DNA of 62,928 nt, filler included, from Perkinsus chesapeaki ATCC PRA-425 (GCA_013115145.1; 14 parts of 14 records of this genome joined end to end with filler, not necessarily neighbours in it), one strand, 5' to 3'. Counted from the first letter of the whole stretch, positions 35,304 to 48,352 are shown. Notes: generated from the sequence alone by a model not told the origin. Made by a program: numbers and translations.

Positions 35304-38300
35304 ATGCCAGGTTCTTGTGTTGATGAAACTACTGTTACGTCTCGGGATGACTTGCTACATTCTACCGGGATCCCTAAGGACTCTCAAGACGAGACTTTGG
35401 CCGGCGACCTCTCCCCCAAGTCCACCACTTCTGAGGCCAACCGCCACTCTGCGCGGGTGGCCAAGCTACCCCCCGGCCCTGGACTCGTCTTCTCTAAGGA
35501 CAAGCTTGTGTCCAGCTTCCCTTCTAAGATCCCCAAGCCCCCTGGTACTCAACTCCCTCCTCAGGACCTCGCCTTGCGCGAGGAGCTCAACGCTCTTCAG
35601 TGCGACTTTCAAGCTACTACCGACCGTTTCGAGTCCGTTGAGGAACGGTTCGACCAACAAGAAGCTCGATTTGACTATATGGAGCAACAAATTAATTCCT
35701 TATCGACTACGGTAACTACTCTATCAACTAATGTGAACTCTATTCTCAACAAGCTTGACCTCGCTCTTCAAGAACAAGCTGTGAAGGCCACCATCCCTCA
35801 AGAGCAGTCACGACCCTTACCTACCCCGGCCACTACGACCCCTGAGCCTACACCCATCAAGGATACTCAGAAGGCTGGAATCGAACTTACAGCGGAGGCC
35901 ATCCAAGCTCAGGAAGGGCGAAGACTTCCAGGACAAGATGGACAGGTGCCGTACTACCTGCAATGACTCGCCTCCGGTAGAAGGAGGCCCCTTCATTGGT
36001 AACAAGGACCCGCGTTCCTTCGCGGAGCTCTCACAGTTGGTTAGACAGTACAACATGTACCTGTACGGTGACGCCGTGACCAGATACTTCTTTCTTCTGA
36101 GAAATCTCTCCGACAGTGTTCACAACTTCACTATCTTTAGTCTACAGTACGGTGACGCTGAGGATACTCCTCTAATGACCTCTGTCAGTCACTTTCAGAA
36201 TCAGCTAGACAAGGTGTGGGGATATCTGCATATCTGGAGTTTGCAAAGTCTTCTGGTCTCTTCGATCACTATAAAGCCATCAGGCAGCTCAGCTTGGTTC
36301 CGGACGGTGACTTCGATATCCATCTGAGCCGCTTTACTACCCTGATAAGAGCGGTGCAGCGTGAGAAAGGCTCTATCGATGGGATGTTAACGATTGGTAC
36401 ACAAAAAAACATGTACACTTAGTGTTCAATCTCCATAAATCACGTTCATACTCAACTCGATTGCTTGAAACACGTACACAGTCAGCTCGTTCGCTCCTAT
36501 TCAGATCATCGGCAGTTCGACCACCATCACGTTCACTATTATCTCGTTTCCATAAGCTCGGTACACTTGCATTCAGTACACTAAAGGTTCGTACACTTTC
36601 ATTCCGTTCACCCCCATTTCATACACCAAAATCTCAATCCACACTTTCTCCGTACACGCATATCTCGTACAATTTCATTTCGTACACTCCAAAAATTTTA
36701 AAAGGCAGCCTTTTAACTGCCTTTTAAAATTTTTCGCGCCGGCCCCGCCGGCGCTTCAACTCCCAGCTTGCTCACCCCAGGCTTTCAGCTCCTCACACTC
36801 CCATGAACTTATGGGAATACCCCGGGTGAGATTCGAACCTATAACCTTGCCCATGTCAGATAGCACTTACACCACTAGAGCAATCTGACAACACAACTCA
36901 ATGTCGCATTGACTCAATATTGATCTCCCCAGAAGTGCTAATTGCTCCGCCGGACGGACAACGTTTGCCAGTTATGTCGCCTCTGGGGATTGAACGCTCA
37001 ACCTTTGGATTAACGAATTAGTAATCTCCTTACTGGACTAAAAAAATTTCGCATAAGTGTACGAGTCATCGGGTGCACGAGTTCGAGGAGTACGAATTCA
37101 AACTGAACCAAATCTTAGTGTGCGACACTCATTTGAACGGAATTTTTGTGTACTACTTGGCCCTGAACCTATTTTTGGTGTATCACATTTTGTCGACAGA
37201 GATTTGAGTGTAGGGGAATTTGGTGTACCAGTCGAAAGTCAAAAATTCCGTGTACGAGTTTCATGTGTACGTAATTCACGTGTACCAATCATTATACACC
37301 GTATCGATGACCGTGAGACTGCGGCACACTGGTATAACAGTCTCAGTGATGAAGGCCAACGTGATATTACCGAGCCCCCGCGGAAGAGGCTAAGAGTTTC
37401 GCGAAAATGCGCGAGAGATCGCGCGGCTTCTATCGGTCTCTGGGTGCGGACAAGGCCAATGGGAACTCTATGAAGTCTGTTACTACTCATATGGCAACTA
37501 CTAGCCCGGCGACTACCCCCTCCGACCCCGCCCAAGGAAGTCAACAACCTCCACACCTACGTCAAAATTGGTCTCGTCCGAAGGTCTCCTCCTTCCGGGA
37601 TGCTACAGCTAAATGTCCCGCTGAAGACACCTCTGACGGCTCGGTCTTCTCTCTAGACTTCCTGAGGAAGTTCAGATGCCAACGCTGCCTATCTCATGAT
37701 CACTCCACTGGCTCTTGTAAGCTTCCTAAGATGGCCTTCCACTCACTGCGCTGTCCTCAGCGCGGTTTAAACCACGGTGCTCTACGCTTCCCAGACTCTC
37801 AAACCAGGGACAGCATCTCCTACCGGTGTGGAAAACGAGGCCATATGAGCCGGGCCTGTCCCGAAGGGGCACCACAAAAGGCCAACGGTAACTCCTCTCA
37901 GTTCAACTCTGTCCAGGTCACCGAATCCAAAGACGCCGGTCTCCCGAAGAACTACTAAATGGTGGGAAAACCCGCGATGCTCTGTGTCTATTGCTTACCC
38001 CAGACGCCCAGGGTACATCCACAATAAGTAAAAGGATTATTTGTACGAGTTACGTGATAATCTAGAGTCTCTACATGATCACTGGAGACGGATCACTGCA
38101 CAACGAAGAGTTGCTGGTCTCGCTGAACGGCCGCGCGTCGAGCCGCCCGTCGACGTAGGTGACAGGGTATGTCGTGTTTTTGTTGATGGCTTGCACGAAA
38201 AGAGGGCCACTGGGCCTTTTCTAATTGACTCCGTCAACGAAACACGTACAATGGCCAAGTTCACCAATGGTAATGAAGCCCCGCTTTGGCAGTTTTTCAC

Positions 38301-38690
38301 TGTACCAACAGCTCACCTATCCAACTCCTACGGTGATTTCGCCCTTCCATTGTCTAGGGAACTTCGGCAGACTCCAGTTGATGACTTGGTGCCAGAAGAC
38401 CGGGTGGCATTCAGGACAATGGATGACACTGACGACGATACTACTTCTATCTAGCAGAGGTCGTATGTAATGGTGTCGAAGACGGAGTGCTTGAATTGCG
38501 CTGGCTCCTTGTCGATGACAAAGGAAAATGGCATCGGCTCACGGTCGACCATCCCAGTGCCGGCGTCTTCCGCGGTGATTATGCGGCCGTGGTATGCTGT
38601 GGACCTGATATGAAGATCAACAAGAGGTTTGGCTCACAGCTTACGCATCTTACTTCAGAAGGCTGGTGTTCCTATTTGAGGTCTTCATAG
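35304..38690 (+). mobile_element. Internally deleted Ty3/Gypsy-like retroelement: frameshifted gag with zinc knuckles and integrase C-terminal remnant, interrupted by a MITE
   Basis: Coiled-coil gag N-terminus 35304-35966. Knuckles CQRCLSHDHSTGSC and (S)YRCGKRGHMSRAC in 37407-37958. VGDRVCRV...GPFLIDSV (GPY/F motif) in 38041-38454. No PR/RT seen and no LTR pair found. Confidence 0.7.
36381..37301. mobile_element. Second copy (inverted) of the 13368-14338 TIR element
   Basis: End-to-end reverse-complement similarity. TSD TATCGAT(G) at 36374 and 37302. Removing it rejoins the gag frame as ...GSIDDRETAAHW.... Confidence 0.9.
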
Positions 38691-39281
38691 GTCTATTTCT
38701 ATTCCCTTTTACTTATTGTTAAGCCGTGCCTGTCTAAGACTGGACAACGGTGCCAGCTACAGCTAAGCTATGCTTTCATCCGTTCTACCCCTCACTTGTA
38801 TTCGCACTGTACTTGTATGTACGTTACGAAGATACACCTGCCAGGCAAGATGAATATATCAATTAGAGGGCGAGCGCGGTCGAGAGTGATGATGCGTTGC
38901 GCCTAAAATTCCATGTCTCATGCTTTTGTGTCTCATGCTTTTGTTATAAGCTGTTATTGTTAACCTCGAACATATCCTTTGATTATGCCAAGTCCCAAAC
39001 ATCACACAGACAATGCCGATGGGGAGCAGGAGCATATCAGCCTGATATTACCAGGTTAGTGTTGATTAATGGGGTTAACAACGGGTGGTCAACAAACAAC
39101 CAAATGAGATCGCGAGACGGAAATGACTGATCGTGGGACAGAACATGCATTACATGCAATATGTGCGAACGCCCCCACACTGGTGACGCTTACGCCCGTC
39201 GAACAAGCTACTCTAGAGAGTACAGAACCTAACAGGTTCAACCTATATACAAGGTGAACTTGTACTGAGTTCTCTAGTGGC

Positions 39282-40037
39282 GGGGTACCTCGGTTCGTAC
39301 ATTTTTGTTTCGTACATGGTATGTTTCTTTCATGAGTATTTCATACGCTTCGGTGTTCGCAGACTTTTTTCGTGCATGCTTGTCTCGTACAGTACGGTTC
39401 ATCCACTTGTAGTTCGTACATGCTCGTTTCGTACAAAATCGTTTCATACATGCCGTTTCATACAGCTATGCTCCACTGGGCTTTTGGCTTATTATGTTTC
39501 GGCTGGGCATTCATCGTTCATGTTAGCTTCGACTTACCATATCATTATTGTTAGCTGGGATAGGCAGACTACTAGTTGGAAATTAGTAGAAGGCAGCTAG
39601 TGGTATTCAGGCATTTTGGGGAAGTAGTTAAGGGAAATGTGCTTGTATGCCGGCGGTCCAGACCTGCGTATGTTCGAATCCCAAAGGGATAAAGTGCTAA
39701 ATCGCCAGAATGAAATTCAACTACAGTAGTCGTATCACGACAGTCCTCACTATACGAAAAGTTAGTGTATGGATCGCGATTGTACGAACCGAGAGGAACA
39801 TCACCTAAATTGTATGAAAAAATCGTGTACGAAACGAGCGTAAACTCAAAATCTTTATCTGAAACGCTCATGTATGAAAAACACTCAGTCCGAATAGTAC
39901 GTGCACGAAAATAATGCGGACGAAATAATAATTTTTTTTGTATGAAAAGATTCTGTGCGAACTGCAAATTGGATGAAATAATCTTGGACGAAGCATACCA
40001 TGTACGAACCGATCGTTTACGAACCGTGGTACACCCC
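39282..40037. mobile_element. Related TIR element with TCRTACA subterminal arrays
   Basis: Ends GGGGTACCTCGGTTCGTAC and GTTTACGAACCGTGGTACACCCC, with motifs pointing inward. TSD not convincing. Confidence 0.65.
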
Positions 40038-40225
40038 TCTAAGCGAACTTATATTGCGTTCTATCTGAACTATCCTGCGATACATGATATGTCGAGCTTC
40101 TAATTAGTCTATTTTAATCCATTAGCTGTGGTATCCATTTTTTAGTATTTGCATCTTGCGCGATGCGGTGGTCTGAAATCATAGGCGGAAGCGAATTACC
40201 AGTAGGCATACCGCAAGGCGGAGTG

Positions 40226-41321
40226 GGGTGTATCATGTCTCGTACACCGGAAACTCGTACACTCTCACTTCGCTCACCACTCGTACACTGAATATCCGTA
40301 CAGTGTACGAGTCGGACTCGTATCGGCGTACGTACGTATGCATACGGCGTACACCCCTCGGACCCGTCCATCGTCAATTCGTACACCCCCAACTCATACA
40401 CATAAAACCCGGACACTAAAAACCCGTATACTGAAGACCCGTACACCGTCAATTCGTACACAACGAGAGCTCGTACACTTCGCAGCCAGTGGCTGCCAGC
40501 CACGCAACCCCAATCTTGGGTTTCCTAGCATCATGGTTTCATGGCTATCATGGTGGCGGTGTCAGAATGTGTTGCTACTTCACGAAAGGTCGTGAGTTGA
40601 AACCTCAGGGAAACTAAACTTAATCATTTTAATTTGAACATCGATTTCAGGTTCAGCACGTTACGTGGTTTGGGCTGTGCTACTCTTTTGCACTCGGTAT
40701 GCCGAATCGGCAATGCCGATGTTCGATCCTTGCCGATGTTTCTATTCCGAAGTAGCATACCTCGAATGCTATTTTATGTACCGCGTTCGAGTGTTCAATG
40801 CTGGCAAAGTCGGCAGGTCGACTCTGATTTTTCCATGTTGCACATGTAGCGTAGACGTTAGTGTTCAAGGCTGTCAACCGTGAGGTCGCGGGTTCCATTT
40901 CCGTTAGTCCGTGGTGAGTGCCACTTACTAAGTGGCTCATTTGGTAAGAAGCCCACTGGCTGTGCGTGACCGTCGAAGCCGGCGCGAAAAAAATTCACCT
41001 CAAAAAAGTATACGAGATGACGGTGTACAGTTTAAAAGTGGGGGTGTGAACGAAGTGAAACTTCGGAAGTTTAACTTCCCCTGTGAAAGTGTACGGGCTT
41101 TCGGTGTACAGTGGTACACCGTACCACTTGAAATGGTACGAGTCTTTTGTAAACGAGTTTAAAGTGTACTGTTATTATGTGTACGAGTATTCGGTGCATG
41201 ATTATTATGTGCATGAGTGTTCGATTTATGAGTATTTAGTGTACGAGTTGAAAGTGTACGGCTTTATTCTAGACATGAGTCGAAGATGTACGAGTTTTTA
41301 GTGTACGAGACGTGAACACCC
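40226..41321. mobile_element. Related TIR element (1,096 bp) with 15-bp-phased TCGTACAC arrays
   Basis: TIRs GGGTGTATCATGTCTCGTACAC and GTGTACGAGACGTGAACACCC. Flanks share GCGGAGTG (8 bp; 9 bp with one mismatch). Confidence 0.85.
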
Positions 41322-41714
41322 TGCGGAGTGATTGGGATCACTCAGAACAGGACTCGATATCTTAGCACGAATGAGTCTCGAGAAAGGCTTCCTAACCTTT
41401 GTTACTCTCTTACTCGAGATGATACGATTTGGTAAGTTTATATCCTTATGGGAACTCTTGCTGCTACGTGTCAACACCATAGTTACTAGTGAACACAATG
41501 CCTAACTCTATAGACAATTGCCGAAATCAGACCTTCAACTATGTTACTAACGTACGAAGTATAACCACTAGCGGCTAGTAAGCCTCATCACAGTCTACCA
41601 ACTCAATCTCTGGCCTAAGTCCCAGGCTAGTGAAAATCAGAAGCTCAACTCACTCCTGTCCCTAATCTAACCTTAAAGAACACTAGGCAAGTGTCAGTGC
41701 AAGAGTCTCAGCAT

Positions 41715-42081
41715 GGGGTGAGTATTATATCGTACAGCGCGAGCTGATACAGAGTTAAACTCGTACACGGTCAAACTGGTACAAGCTTATTTCGTACAGC
41801 ATAGTTCATGTTAGTGTCGTATCGTACAGTTGAAACTCGTACAGTGACAAATTTCAGAGAATTTCAAATTCTTGACAAATCACAGTTTCAGCTGTGTTTG
41901 CGTCAGTTGGTACAGTATTATTCCGTCCCGTTGCACTTGATATAGTATTATTCCGTACAACTTCATCAGGTACAGTTACAGCTGATACAGTGCCATTCCG
42001 TGCAGTTTCCGCTCGTTCAGTACCATTTCGTACAGTGTTCAGTGTCACATCGTACAGCTGCTGTCCAGAGGAATTTCGTAC
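41715..42081. repeat. Left arm of another related TIR element (GGGGTG start, TCGTACAG array)
   Basis: Repeated cgtacag/gatacag motifs. No right arm found. Confidence 0.55.
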
Positions 42082-42420
42082 AGGTCGCACTTTTTTTGAC
42101 TAGGTAGTAGCTGGCCGACTAGTGGCGGGGCTAAGCTAGCTAACCAGCCAACTAGCAGTTCACTGAGAGTCCGTCAGTTTAGCAACACGCCTAACACGAT
42201 TCTAACACTTTTACTTGCGCCCACCATGGTTTGACCCGGATTCGTTAGTGTGACAAGTAGGAATTATGGCCACTGGAGTACAACGGCTGGACCATGACGG
42301 TGATTATGTGACGCGACATGCCTATGCTAGGTGGCCAAGCATAGTGTGTGGGACATGACTGACTTATGTTGAGCCTTGTTATGGCTGCAACAGTGTTGAC
42401 CCAGCACCTAACGAAGACTA

Positions 42421-42887
42421 CAGGTCAACGTAGTTGACCCAGTTTACTCGGGATTACCGTCTGGAGCGTGTTACTTGAATATTTACAGTGTGATAGCATG
42501 CGCAGCGCATGACACGTTGTATCACAACACAATCATTTCTTGCTCCCCCCAATATCAATGATACCGTATCATGTGAAAGTCGTTCAGACAGGTCGTAGCA
42601 CGCATGCATTATGGCAGCCATATGTGCTGTTGTTATTGTTGTTTCTTTACGTACCCGCCCTCCCTGGTGAAGCGTCTCTCCATCAGGCTACTGATGCCTC
42701 TAACTAGCGCCTTACCCATCCAATGCAGTGTGCTAGATTCGAGCGATCAGTTACCAGACTGGCTGAGCGCTATATACCTTAAAAAATTCGGAACTAGCTG
42801 GGCTTAACCCAGCCAACCAGCGAACGGTTCGCGGGTTCCAATTTAGGTATTCGACACCCTACCGCCCGGGAGGAAGGACTCGGGTAA
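42421..42887. repeat. Dispersed structured repeat, copy 2
   Basis: See 14404-14906. Confidence 0.9.
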
Positions 42888-42997
42888 TCATTTGTAATTG
42901 AGCGTAATTCACCTAGCGCTGGCGAAGATGTCTTCGGAGGATGGTCTAGCGTGTGAGAACCCCCGTTATCATACGCGAGTCCAAGGTTCGATCCCGG

Positions 42998-42999
<2 letters not shown>

Positions 43000-43028
<29 letters not shown>

Positions 43029-43270
43029 GTAGTTTTAGTTGTAGTTGTACTTTTAGTTGTAGTTGTTGTGTTTGATGAGTATAACTAGCCGACGTAATGA
43101 TAGAAAAGTATAGTTTTCTTTCCTTTCTTTTCTTGTCTTTACCTTTCTTATTATTTTTTTCCTTTCTCATTATTTTTTTTCCTTTTTTTCTTTTTTTTTC
43201 CTTTCTTATTATTTTTTTTCCTTTTTTTCCTTTTTTTTCCTTTCTTATTATTTCTTTTCCTTTTTTTAGC
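43000..43270. repeat. (TTG)n microsatellite and T/C-rich low-complexity tract (LINE 3' tail and UTR on minus strand)
   Basis: Directly visible. Confidence 0.9.
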
Positions 43271-44920
43271 ACTCCTTCAATCTCAGCACCCCTTCAATAA
43301 ATGACAATATCTCCCCCTTTGTGCAGGGGGAGATAGCTACTTCACATTATCCGTTAACCAGTCGCTATTTGACCCACTTAGAATGTCCCTAGTTACCGTA
43401 ACGGGCATAGGAACTATCACCGATTGCCCTAACAAACGGCTTTGTTTGTTAGGGCACAAGTGATACAGTGATTGTCGTTCTTCGGGCTGATAATAGCGAC
43501 TTGAGGCCTGCTTGACTATCGGAGAAGACCGTTACTATCTGGGGTGTTTCAAACTCAGCGGCTCTTCCCAGGACATATTCCAATGCCCGGTCAATCGCAG
43601 TGAGTTCCGCTTGGAAGATAGAGTTAAAAGGGTTGAGACGGTACGTAGCATAATGCTCTTGATAGTCCGACATCACCGACAGAAAGGCCGCCCCCGTGCT
43701 GCCCTCCAAATTGTAGGTGGTGTTGCTGGGAACCCTGCTTCCGTCCGTATATATACACCATGTGCCCGATCGTCCCAGGCTGAATGCAGCCGCTTCCTCT
43801 TTGTCATGGGCTATAAATACCTTCGGTGGCACTTCGCCGTATGATAGGTCCCTGCGGGTAGTCTCCCCCTGGGAAGACACCGAGACACGTCTCGAGATGA
43901 TCTCGTTCTCCCACTTAGACCTATTCACAACTGCTCTCTTGCTGCACAGGTTTGCGACTGACACTTTGTGGAAGTGCTGAGTGATAATCTCATCTATGAT
44001 AGATCGGCTGAGAGGTGGCCGGTTACTTAGCGTATACAAAAAGGCCTTCGGAGTCGACTTTCTGAGCCTATAGGCACGTCTTAGGGAATCGTAGGACGCT
44101 GTATCCACGGCATTCTTGTAAGAATCTTACGCGAAATGCATCGGGCATAGGTGTAGTCTATAGCTTGTGATTGGTTTCAGCATCTTGTATACAATCATAA
44201 GACGTGACTCCGCATCCAGCCCATATAGCCTCTGAGCCAGGTATACCAGTCGGTTCCCCATCTGACGAGCTTTGAGTAGACGCTGCTTCAGGTGGGTCGT
44301 GAAATTGCCATTAGATGATAATGTTATACCGAGAATCTTCATGTGCTTGCTGAAATTTGGGCTGTTCTCGATAGCCTCGCCCAGATTGCCTACAATGCAT
44401 GTCTTATCTTGGTTCAGGATTAAGCCGGCGCTCGCAAAGCATTCCGTCACCACTCTCAGGCACTTCTCGCCCTTGACCGGCGTCTGATAGGCCTTTGTCA
44501 CTTTTGATCAGGACGTAAGTGTCGTCGGCATAAGCCAGCACCTCCGGAGACACTCTTAGGTTCACGAGCTTCGTTGCCATTTCCTGCATCAATATATGAG
44601 TTGCCAGGATGAAAAGACATGGCGAGATTATAGCGCCTTGAGGGCATCCACGACTCTCCGTCCTGTACCTGGTTCTCATCTGCTCTCCCAAAGAGGTTGG
44701 TTGCTTTTCTATGATGCAGTCAGCTCAGTATCCAGTTAGTTATGCGCCAATTGGCGCCTAGCTTTGCGAGACCATCCCGTATCGCGTCGTGTCGAATACT
44801 GCCAAAAGCATCCGAATAATCAATACTTACAGCTACCCATTCTGCGGTGCGGCTTTGAAATTCTATTATTCTCCAACCAGGCCGGTTGTCGACCCTCTTT
44901 TGAAAAACAACCCATACTGC

Positions 44921-45095
44921 TTACGTACCCGCCCTCCCTGGTGAAGCGTCTCTCCATCAGGCTACTGATGCCTCTAACTAGCACCTTAACTATCCAATGC
45001 AGTGTGCTAGTTTCGAGCGATCAGTTACCAGACTGGCTGAGCGCTATATACCTTGAAAAATTCGGAACTGGCTGGGCTTAACCCAGCCATCCAGC
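44921..45095. repeat. Truncated copy 3 of the structured repeat, inserted in the LINE RT
   Basis: Lies between the RT peptides LAPQLD and QYG. Confidence 0.85.
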
Positions 45096-48000
45096 TGTGG
45101 TGCGAGACATTTGGCGACAAGCGCTTCCATCACTTTTCCTATACAGCAGTTGAGGCTCACAGGTCTAAGACCCTTAAGGGCTATTAGACGGCTGATTACT
45201 CTTTGTTAGGAGCACAGCATTTGAGCTTTTCCAGGACTTACGTATGCCCCGTTGATAGAGTAGTTAGCAATCCGTACCAGAGTCTACTCGACCCATAGAG
45301 GAGCGGAGGCTACGTGTCTCACCCTTATTCCATTCTTGCCTGGGCTTTTATCCCACTTACGTTTTCTCTCTCCCAGAGCACTTTCGATATCATTGGCCGT
45401 AAACGTGAACGAAGCATCTACCCGGGAGGGGGGAAGGTGCCACGCCGGTGGCAGATCGGGCGGTAGTTGATCCGTATCTGCTAGATAATGATCTGCCACC
45501 CTGTCGGCAGACTCCTCCATTGTTGTACATTCCTCGAGCGGTGTTATGGGCTCGAAAGGAGCTTTCTTCTTGAAAGCACGGTATATATCCTTACTGTTGC
45601 CGGCCCAAAGCATCCCTTTTCTTGTTACGAATAGCTACAGGGTACTCCTCTCTGAGTTGCCTCGAGGTTATCTCCTCGCTCAACTTTCTTCAGCTTAGCC
45701 CGTAACTGCCTTAGTTCGTCATCCCACTAGTCATTGTTCAGTTTTGTAGGGTTAGACGCTCTGCTGGCTCGCGCCTTCATCCTCCTAGAGGACTTCTTAA
45801 AGGCTATTTGCATGCTCGAAGTGAACAATTCAATCGCCTATTCGCGTTCCCTGTCTTGTGTTATATGAGGCAACACAGATGGTTCCATGTCCTGTAAATA
45901 CGCCGTATAATCTTGCCAATCACATGTTGAATATGCGTATTCTTCCAAGTCATGCTGAGCCGGCAGTGGCGGCTGAAAGCAGGTACTCGGATTCTGGTAT
46001 GATAGAATACCGTATAGGAAAGTGATCCGACAGACCTTTATCGTGGAGAACTTCCCAATCGGTAACAGTCACACCCTTACTAAAGGTTGTATCGATCCAG
46101 GAGGAACCTCTTCCGTTGAGTTGTACAAAAGTTGGCTTTGCTATTCTATTGTCACAGGCGAAACCATGAGATAGAATGAGATCGGAGAATAACTGTAGTC
46201 CAAGCTTTCGGCTGTACGCAAGATATACTTACCGCCGAATTCGACGATAGTGAGCCATTCGCACGATTCCTGCGATCTAATAACTACTGATTCATATATA
46301 CACCTTTTGAATAATATTGCAGTTCGTGCCGAAGGCGAGGCACGGGCGACGATGTAGCCTGCTAACCACAGGCTCCTTGGCGGCTCACTGATTAATATAA
46401 AATCTGGGTCACTACTTAGAACTATAGGGTGTACTACGCTATCGAAAATAACCGAAGATCTACGTGCATTGCACTGCACGAAAGATTAATTAATCATAAT
46501 CACCAATAATCTCTCCAAGATTGAAAGCGGCCGCAAAAGGTGCCGGATTATTTCCGAAGTTAGTCTTGTGATATTTCGCCCTCAAACCCCCTAGTTTTGC
46601 CGGGCACAACTTACCTCTGTGTGCTGTATGTCCCTATTCTCCACACAAAGTGCATTTCACCTTTGAAATGTTGAGAGACTTGTCCTTGTTCGGACAGTCC
46701 CTTCTACAATGCCCGCTTTCTCCGCAGTGTATACACTTTAACATATGCGTACCATCCTCTCCCTTGCAGCATCCTTTGGGTTCGCCATTCCGCTTCGGTG
46801 CATGGATTTATCCACAATCATAACAAACCGGTATTCCCACGTAGTCCTTGATGCTGAGTCTGCACGCTTTCACGAACAGAGACCCTTTGTGGTCGGCAAT
46901 ACAACGATTTCGGTCCTCAGGTTCCTTTGGGTTCGCCATTTCCGAGTTCACCTGATGACAGGTGAACTCGGAAGATATGGAAACCACGGCCGTTACGTAC
47001 GTGGATCCATGATTCCGTATTAAGTCCGGGTTGATACGCCTTTACCTGGCAGAGGAGATCCTCACTCGTTATTGGATCAGGGAGAGCCTTCGTGAATATT
47101 ATTATTTCAGGATCAAGCTCCTTTGATATTTTAGCACATGTAATGCATGTTACCACCAGTAATGCCCTCCAGAAGGCGATGTACTGGGGATAATTCTTGG
47201 CTGTCCGGAACAGATATAACCAAATTGTCCCCGCGGACTTTCACTGTATTTATCTTATATACATTTGATCCAATACAGTCGATAACTTTGCGATGTAGGC
47301 TCCTTGAAGATGCTTCCTTCTCCATAGAGTTCGATTCATTTATAGTTGGTCTCATGGTAATAGTTTTCGACTTTCCTTGTTTGATAGGTTTCGGTACCGG
47401 AGTAGCTGACGGAACTCTTTGAAGGTGTGCCGTAACAGCGTCTCTATATGATCTGGGAATGTATTTCTCCTCTTCCCTTTCAATAAGCATACTTGCCAGT
47501 TTCCTGCTTTCTTCCAGAAGGTACATGTGCATGGAACACATCGCATTTATCGATGTGTATATTCTGCTGCAATAGTGGCCGTGATTTTCTTGTTAGCATT
47601 CGACGACCATTTCATGATCCTTCTAACTCTCTCAGCTTGCTTGGCGAAGTCCGCACAAGCAAGAACGTCACCCTTCATGACATTTTCGCCCTCGTTTTCC
47701 ATTATCCTCATTTCACTATCTCCTGCTGCGTCGTCGCCTCCATACACAGTCATATCGTTCCGATCTCCTTCGGTAGTGACCTTGGTGCTGCATCGTTTCT
47801 GCTTGGCTCTAGCCCCGCGGATTGGGGGGGCGGACGTCGAGGATGACGAAGTGTGGGAAGTCATGGGCCGAGGTGGCCGGTAGGTAAATTAGGGGAAAAC
47901 CAACTACCTCGATCCCGGGCGATGTAGGTTTGAGGAGTAGTTGATCGGGTTCTTGATAGCACCCCTGTCACGCCTATAACAATAAGCACTATTTTAATTG

Positions 48001-48352
48001 AATACCCTAGGAACATTGAAGCTAACTCTTGAAGTACAGGCTGATATTTACGGCGTTTCTCATATTCTCTGCGAATAACAGCAAAGTCACTACAAAACAG
48101 CAATTATAACTTTGAGAACATTCAGAACACACACGATATCAGGCTTATAATGATATAAACGTCCACATTGCCAATAACGTTCCTGAGAGGACCACTACCT
48201 CCTAAACTCGGTGAACTTTCGAGGCTCTGAGGACTATACAGGTGGCGGGATANNNNNNNNNNNNNNNNNNNNNNNNNNNNNNNNNNNNNNNNNNNNTTAA
48301 TTAATTAANNNNNNNNNNNNNNNNNNNNNNNNNNNNNNNNNNNNNNNNNNNN

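Larger units (their letters stand above)
42999..47908 (-). mobile_element. Full-length degenerate LINE (ORF1 with zinc knuckles; ORF2 APE-RT-RNase H), probably I-group (R1/LOA/I-like)
   Basis: TSD TCGATCCCGGG at 42988-42998 and 47909-47919. (CAA)n tail and A-rich 3' UTR. ORF1 has CIHCGESGHCRRDC and CTLCGE*GH. APE has MQCN and ILISEP. RT has KSPGKNG, RPVSL, DYSDAF, GCPQGAIISP, YADD and LGI. RNase H has YTDGS, QAELTAI and FSDS. Multiple stops and frameshifts. Confidence 0.9.

Noticed and set aside
34109-38850. LTR pair around the gag/integrase remnant
   Set aside because: Only short (about 11-nt) matches between the two sides; no alignable LTRs, PBS or PPT.
42820-42930. Possible HDV-like ribozyme (TCCTTCCTCCCGGG...hairpin...CTAA on minus strand)
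   Set aside because: I could not build P1 and P1.1, and P3 breaks in copy 1; not supported without a descriptor search.
42946-43272. Lys-rich 108-aa ORF
   Set aside because: Translation of the A-rich 3' UTR and (CAA)n tail of the LINE.
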